The translations under genes were made by a program, and so were the position numbers. A stretch of DNA of 64,000 bases from an uncultured Succinivibrionaceae bacterium (GTDB lineage: Bacteria; Pseudomonadota; Gammaproteobacteria; Enterobacterales; Succinivibrionaceae), in contig CALXNU010000003.1 of NCBI GenBank assembly GCA_944389835.1, positions 730 through 64,729 of the forward strand, read 5' to 3'. Position 1 is the stretch's first letter. The number at the start of each line of letters is the position of its first letter. The notes under the pieces were generated by a model. That model searched no databases, was not told the DNA's origin, and worked only from the letters and a program-made list of their open reading frames with translations. Shown here piece after piece: positions 59,106 to 64,000 of the stretch.

Positions 59106-59750
59106 ATGGATCACACTACCTTTGAGCCATTTTCTTTTCGCAAACACTTTCTCTTTCTTTGCGACCTTGAAAAAGAAGTCTGGGACTTTGCCGACCCTAA
59201 GACTAAAAGAAGTACCGTGTGGCTTATGACCGTGGCCTACGCTCTAATTTGCTTAAAAAAGAGCACCCGCACTTTAGTGTTAAGAAAAAAGCATGAGCTT
59301 TTAGGCGTGATCCTTATTAAAGAGCCTTACAAAAGACCTAAGCTTTTAACTACTCTTACTCTCTCCTCGCTTCTTTTTCTAGTCAAAGTTTTGCTTTCTT
59401 TGCGTGGCTTTAAAACAAAATACAGCTATCACGCCTTTGAGCTTAAAGCGCAAAAACTGTGTCTTGAAAAGATTGATAATCCACAAGAGATCGACTCTTA
59501 CATAAACCTTTTGATGGTCTCAAAGAAAACTCAAGGCCAAGGTCTTGGCAAAAAGCTAGTCCTCAAAGCTTTAGAGCTTATTAAAGCTCAAGGTGGCAAA
59601 TGCACCGCCCTTTTTACTGACGAGTCCTGCAACTTTAAGTTTTACGACAGACTTGGTTTTACCAGGATTTTTGATCAAAAACTTAAAGCACAATGGGGAC
59701 CTTTAGAGCAAGATTCTGACTTTATTCGATTTTTAATGTACGAAATTTAG
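59106..59750 (+). CDS. GNAT-family N-acetyltransferase
   Basis: 214 aa with acetyl-CoA motif A QGQGLGKKLV and ..FYDRLGF. Confidence 0.7.
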   Translation: MDHTTFEPFSFRKHFLFLCDLEKEVWDFADPKTKRSTVWLMTVAYALICLKKSTRTLVLRKKHELLGVILIKEPYKRPKLLTTLTLSSLLFLVKVLLSLRGFKTKYSYHAFELKAQKLCLEKIDNPQEIDSYINLLMVSKKTQGQGLGKKLVLKALELIKAQGGKCTALFTDESCNFKFYDRLGFTRIFDQKLKAQWGPLEQDSDFIRFLMYEI

Positions 59751-59999
59751 ATCTTTGCCTAAATAAAATAATTTTTCATAATCTTAAATAAGAATGTTAA
59801 ATAATTCTATTTTTTTACGCTTGATTTTGCGTCTTTGGAGTAGCTTTTCATACAACTTAAACTAAAATTAATTGTATAATCAACAGATTTCACTAAAAGT
59901 GTGCAATTTACGGGCACTTTTGCATTAAAAAACCTTGTCTATACAGAAAATTTACAAGAAATTTTGTAACATTTTAGCGATCTAAGTCACAATTCTGTA

Positions 60000-60015
60000 A
60001 TGTAAACGTTACCAC
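60000..60015. promoter_or_regulatory. GalR/GalS-type operator upstream of mglB
   Basis: ATGTAAACGTTACCAC has the core TGTAAACGTTACCA, one mismatch to TGNAANCGNTTNCA. A CRP-like half-good site AGCGA-N6-TCACA (59976-59991) lies just upstream. Confidence 0.5.
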
Positions 60016-60215
60016 AAAAGCGTAATTTTTGATTTTTAAACCGCTCTAGAATGCATATTAGCGCAAACATACAGATTACATTTATTAGTATTTAGATTTA
60101 TATAAGTTAAAAATATATATTATTAAAATGTGCGTGGTGTCTAATTTTATTTTGCCAAGAGTCTTTACTATAACACCATAAAATCAAATTTAAGATCTGT
60201 TGGAGGATCCACATA

Positions 60216-61229
60216 ATGAAAAAGACTGTTACTGCAATCGCTGCTGGTTTATTCCTTGCCACTATGACTTCATCTGCAATGGCAAGCGATGTTTTAATTG
60301 GTTCTTGCATTTACAAGTTCGATGACACCTTCATGACTGGTGTTCGTAACAATATGGAAAAAGCTGCTGCTGATTTAGGCGCAGAAATTGAGCTCGTGGA
60401 TTCCCAAAACCGCCAGCCAGCTCAGAACGATCAGGTTGATACCTTCATCACCAAGGGCGTTACCGCTTTAGTTATCAACCCAGTAGACCGTTCTGCTGCA
60501 GGTCCATTAGTCGAGAAGGCAAAGGCTGAAGGCTTACCAATCGTCTTCATTAACCGTGAGCCAGAGAAGAACATCTTAGATTCTTGGGAGAAGGCTTACT
60601 ACGTTGGTGCTAAGGCTGAGGAATCAGGCACCATCGGTGGTCAGTTAATTGCTGAGTACTTCAAGGCCCACCCAGAAGCTGATAAGAACGGTGACGGCGT
60701 TGTTCAATACATTCTCTTAAAGGGCGAGCAAGGCCACCAGGATGCTACCTTACGTTCAGAGTACTGCGTTAAGGCTATGTTAGATGCAGGCCTTAAGATT
60801 GAAGAGATTGGCTCTGACAATGCTAACTGGGATAAAGTTCAAGGCCACGATAAGATGAAGAACTTCATCACTTCTCAAGGTATTGATGCTATTGAAGCAG
60901 TTTTGGCTAATAACGACGATATGGCCTTAGGTGCTATTGAGGCCTTAAAGTCAGAAGGCTACAACACTGGTAAGGATAATAAGTTCATCCCAGTTGTAGG
61001 TGTTGATGCTACCGCTCCTGCTCTTCAGGCAATTGCCGCAGGTCAGATGTTAGGTACTTCCTTAAACGATGCTAAGAACCAAGGTACTGCTGCAGTTCGC
61101 ATCGCTGACGTTGCCTCAAAGGGTGAGGCTGTAACCTCTGAGTCTATCGGCTATACCTTAACCGATGGCAAGTATGTATGGATTCCATACGTAAAGGTTA
61201 ACGCTGAAAATTACAAAGATTTCATGTAA
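60216..61229 (+). CDS. mglB: Galactose/glucose ABC transporter periplasmic binding protein
   Basis: 337 aa with a signal peptide ending SSAMA. The sequence is MglB-like (YKFDDTFM, NPVDRSAAG, ANNDDMALGAIEALK). GGAGGA SD. Confidence 0.92.
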   Translation: MKKTVTAIAAGLFLATMTSSAMASDVLIGSCIYKFDDTFMTGVRNNMEKAAADLGAEIELVDSQNRQPAQNDQVDTFITKGVTALVINPVDRSAAGPLVEKAKAEGLPIVFINREPEKNILDSWEKAYYVGAKAEESGTIGGQLIAEYFKAHPEADKNGDGVVQYILLKGEQGHQDATLRSEYCVKAMLDAGLKIEEIGSDNANWDKVQGHDKMKNFITSQGIDAIEAVLANNDDMALGAIEALKSEGYNTGKDNKFIPVVGVDATAPALQAIAAGQMLGTSLNDAKNQGTAAVRIADVASKGEAVTSESIGYTLTDGKYVWIPYVKVNAENYKDFM

Positions 61230-61256
61230 TTTCAAGAAGCTATTAAGCTAAGACTT

Positions 61257-61290
61257 AGGCCCCCTTATACTTAAAGTAGGGGGCTTGCTT
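61257..61290 (+). terminator. Hairpin between mglB and mglA (attenuator/stabiliser-like)
   Basis: GCCCCCT-11 nt-AGGGGGC is followed by TTGCTTTCT. Confidence 0.5.
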
Positions 61291-61336
61291 TCTGAAGGTG
61301 TAAACCTTTTATATAACTGCTTTTAGAGGTTATCTC

Positions 61337-62836
61337 ATGAGTGAGTATGTTCTTGAGATGAATGACATTGTCAAGCGCTTCCCTGGCGTTTTAGCACTCG
61401 ATCATGCCAATTTAAAGGTAAGACCGGGTACCGTTCATGCCCTAATGGGTGAGAATGGCGCAGGAAAGTCCACCTTGATGAAATGTCTGTTTGGCCTCTA
61501 CCACCCAGATGAGGGTGAGATTATTTACAATGGCCAAACCATCAATGACATTCCAAACACCAAAGCAGCTCTTGCCATGGGTATTTCCATGATCCACCAA
61601 GAGTTACACCCAATTCGTTTCCGCCCGATTATGGAAAACGTTTGGATTGGTCGTTTCCCAAAGAAATATGGTTTTGTCGATCACGACAAAATGTATCAAG
61701 ACACTGTAGATCTTTTCAAAAAGATAGGTCTTGATGTAAACCCACGTGATCAAGCACGCTTTGTTTCAGCATCTAAATTACAATTAGTTGAAATTGCCCG
61801 TGCTGTCTCTTATGACGCTAAGATCATCATCATGGACGAGCCAACTTCCTCATTAACTGAGAACGAAGTTGAGTACTTGTTTAAGATCATCAATCAATTA
61901 AAGTCAGAAGGCCGCTCCATCATCTACATCTCCCACAAGATGGAAGAGATTTTAAGAATTAGTGATGATGTAACCATCATGCGTGATGGTAAGTATGTTG
62001 GTACCTGGCAGGCTAAAGATATCGATCAAGACTTCATCATTCGCAACATGGTAGGTCGTGATCTGTCAAATCGTTTCCCACCAAAAGAAACTAAACCTAC
62101 TGATGAAGTAGTACTTGAGGTCAAGCACTTAACTGCTGCCGCTAAGAGATCTTTCGTGGATGTAAGTTTCCAATTACACAAAGGTGAGATCTTAGGTATT
62201 GGCGGTCTAGTTGGCGCACAACGTACCGAGCTTGTAGAGTCAATCTTTGGTATTCGTGCCATCGCCTCAGGTGAGATTTGGAAAGACGGTGAGAAGATTG
62301 ATGTTAAATCAGTACGTGATGCTAAATCCCATGGTATTGCCTTACTTACTGAGGAAAGAAGACAAAATGGTATTTTTGGTATTCTTTCAATCTTAGATAA
62401 TACCGTCATCGCCGCGCAAAACACTTTTGCTAAGATGGGGATTCTTGATACCTCAAAGCGTCGTCCTACAGCTGATCATGCTTGTAAGGAATTAAACGTT
62501 AAGATGCCAAGCCTTGATGTTCCAATTAAGAACCTCTCAGGTGGTAATCAGCAAAAGGTCTTAATTGCCCGTTGGTTGTTAACAAACTCTGACATCATTA
62601 TTTTTGATGAGCCAACCCGTGGTATTGACGTGGGCGCTAAGTACGAAATCTATACTTTGATGCTCGATCAAATCAAACAAGGTAAGTCCATTATTATGAT
62701 TTCATCTGAAATGCCAGAGCTTATGGGTATGTCAGATCGCATCATGGTAATGTGCGAAGGTCACGTGACCGGCTTTGTTGATAAAGAACACTTCGACCAG
62801 GTTGAAATTATGCGCCTGGCCTCTTCCTTCAAATAG
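61337..62836 (+). CDS. mglA: Galactose/methyl-galactoside ABC transporter ATP-binding protein
   Basis: 499 aa with duplicated ABC domains (GENGAGKST; LSGGNQQK). Confidence 0.94.
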   Translation: MSEYVLEMNDIVKRFPGVLALDHANLKVRPGTVHALMGENGAGKSTLMKCLFGLYHPDEGEIIYNGQTINDIPNTKAALAMGISMIHQELHPIRFRPIMENVWIGRFPKKYGFVDHDKMYQDTVDLFKKIGLDVNPRDQARFVSASKLQLVEIARAVSYDAKIIIMDEPTSSLTENEVEYLFKIINQLKSEGRSIIYISHKMEEILRISDDVTIMRDGKYVGTWQAKDIDQDFIIRNMVGRDLSNRFPPKETKPTDEVVLEVKHLTAAAKRSFVDVSFQLHKGEILGIGGLVGAQRTELVESIFGIRAIASGEIWKDGEKIDVKSVRDAKSHGIALLTEERRQNGIFGILSILDNTVIAAQNTFAKMGILDTSKRRPTADHACKELNVKMPSLDVPIKNLSGGNQQKVLIARWLLTNSDIIIFDEPTRGIDVGAKYEIYTLMLDQIKQGKSIIMISSEMPELMGMSDRIMVMCEGHVTGFVDKEHFDQVEIMRLASSFK

Positions 62837-62844
62837 GAGTTAAC

Positions 62845-64000
62845 ATGTCAAGCGTAATTACTCAGCAGTCATTTCGCAAGTCATTGTCCGGAGTTGGTGC
62901 CTTAATCGTACTTTTGGGCCTTGTCTTACATTTTGTTGCTATTAAAACTTTATACGATCTTCCTGTGATCATGATGATCGTAGGCTTATGGATTTTTGGC
63001 CAAAACCTCTACCGTTTAAAGCACCCAGGTGCCCACTCTGGAGATATTGAGCTTAATTCCAAAACTATCAATAACCTTTTGACCAACTACGCCATTATTA
63101 TCGCCATGGTGGTCTTGGTCTTCATCATCTGTGTCTTGCAACCTCGCTTCATGCAAATTCGCGTGGTGTTAGATATTATGACGCAATCTTCAACTAAACT
63201 TATTATTGCGCTTGGTATCTGCTTCACCTTGATTATTGCAGGTTGCGATCTGTCAGCAGGTCGTATCGTAGGCTTAGCCGCAGTTGTCTCAACTTCTATG
63301 TTACAAACTGAGGATTATGCCAATCGCTTCTTCCCAGATTTAGCTCAATTACCACTTTTCGTACCAATTATCATTGCAATTTTAATTTGCATGGCTTTCG
63401 GTGCTTTAAATGGTTTCTTGGTAGCTCAATATGAGATGCACCCGTTCATTGCAACTTTGGCAACTTCAGTTATCGTGTACGGTTCTTGCTCTCTCTACTT
63501 TGACTTACCACCTAACAATTCACAGCCAATTGGTGGTGTACGCCCAGACTTTGCAGCTTTAGGTCAAACTAAGCTCTTCCAAGGTGCAGGCTTCCCAGGT
63601 ATTTCCGTGCTAATTCCAATTGCCGCTGTCATTACTGTTGCTATTTGGTTTGTCTTAAATAAGACCGTCTTTGGTAAGAACGTCTACGCTGTAGGTGGTA
63701 ACCGTGAGGCTGCCGTGGTCGCAGGTGTTAACGTTTATGCCACCAACCTCTTCATCTTCGTGTTAGCCGCAGGCCTCTATGGTATTGCAGGTGTGCTCGA
63801 AGCTGCACGTACAGCTGGTGCTACTAACCAATATGGTATGGGCTATGAGCTTGATGCTATCGCAGCCTGCGTAGTAGGTGGTGTATCTTTGATGGGTGGT
63901 ATTGCAACCGTCTCCGGTATTATCGCCGGTGTGTTCGTATTCACCATCATTCAATACGGCTTACAGTTCATCTCAATTTCCCCAATGTGGCAGCAGGTCA
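62845..64000 (+). CDS. mglC: Galactoside ABC transporter permease (3' end beyond window)
   Basis: Not in the track because it runs off the window. I read the frame by hand and it is open from ATG 62845 (GGAG SD) to the window end. Contains ..DLSAGRIVGLAAV.. and VGGNREAAVVAGVNV. An extra ~65 N-terminal residues with two hydrophobic segments are present relative to my recollection of E. coli MglC. Confidence 0.88.
   Translation, partial: MSSVITQQSFRKSLSGVGALIVLLGLVLHFVAIKTLYDLPVIMMIVGLWIFGQNLYRLKHPGAHSGDIELNSKTINNLLTNYAIIIAMVVLVFIICVLQPRFMQIRVVLDIMTQSSTKLIIALGICFTLIIAGCDLSAGRIVGLAAVVSTSMLQTEDYANRFFPDLAQLPLFVPIIIAILICMAFGALNGFLVAQYEMHPFIATLATSVIVYGSCSLYFDLPPNNSQPIGGVRPDFAALGQTKLFQGAGFPGISVLIPIAAVITVAIWFVLNKTVFGKNVYAVGGNREAAVVAGVNVYATNLFIFVLAAGLYGIAGVLEAARTAGATNQYGMGYELDAIAACVVGGVSLMGGIATVSGIIAGVFVFTIIQYGLQFISISPMWQQV

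Noticed and set aside
60107-60310. A 67-aa minus-strand ORF overlapping the mglB start.
   Set aside because: It is antisense to the mglB signal-peptide region and the AT-rich promoter. It shows no supporting signals.
63763-63954. A 63-aa minus-strand ORF at the window end.
   Set aside because: It lies inside the hand-verified open mglC frame, so it is an antisense shadow.

Overview
AT-rich (about 40% GC by eye) gammaproteobacterial chromosome segment with Vibrio/Aeromonadales-like gene order; the taxon is inference. From 2.9 to 20.5 kb the minus strand carries the conserved block rpsB-tsf-pyrH-frr-uppS-cdsA-dxr-rseP-bamA-skp-lpxD-fabZ-lpxA-lpxB-rnhB-accA-tilS, with dnaE absent between rnhB and accA. 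From 20.9 to 24.1 kb sit the Vibrio-type flagellar outer-ring genes flgO-flgP-flgN, behind a perfect sigma54 promoter and divergent from flgT, followed by tRNA-Arg(CCU). The accessory stretch 24.3-32 kb holds an ORFan and an AAA-ATPase/PD-(D/E)xK protein. It also holds the most interesting locus in the window: a roughly 1250-aa acidic Q/E/K-rich low-complexity protein, a 275-aa protein with a FliK-type Flg_hook (T3S4) domain, and a stand-alone FlhB C-terminal (post-NPTH) domain protein. The first two are separated only by a frame change at a U_UUU_UUU run. No flagellar export-gate genes lie nearby. Next come mrcB (PBP1B with long charged tails), dksA-gluQ-pcnB-folK, pth-ychF, a UspE-like gene, modF and leuABCD with a Leu-rich leader peptide and attenuator. 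After these are an 820-bp non-coding gap with 135-150-bp tandem repeats, galM, a second AAA/PD-(D/E)xK paralog, a LacI-linked sugar-acid-like operon with split transketolase, a 2-hydroxyacid dehydrogenase, a GNAT and mglBAC (mglC runs off the window). The window start holds a partial AAA+ ATPase with an in-frame G9 tract, two tandem sRNA-like units with intrinsic terminators, a short DUF805 protein and a degenerate DprA paralog. No CRISPR array, integrase, transposase or rRNA was seen.
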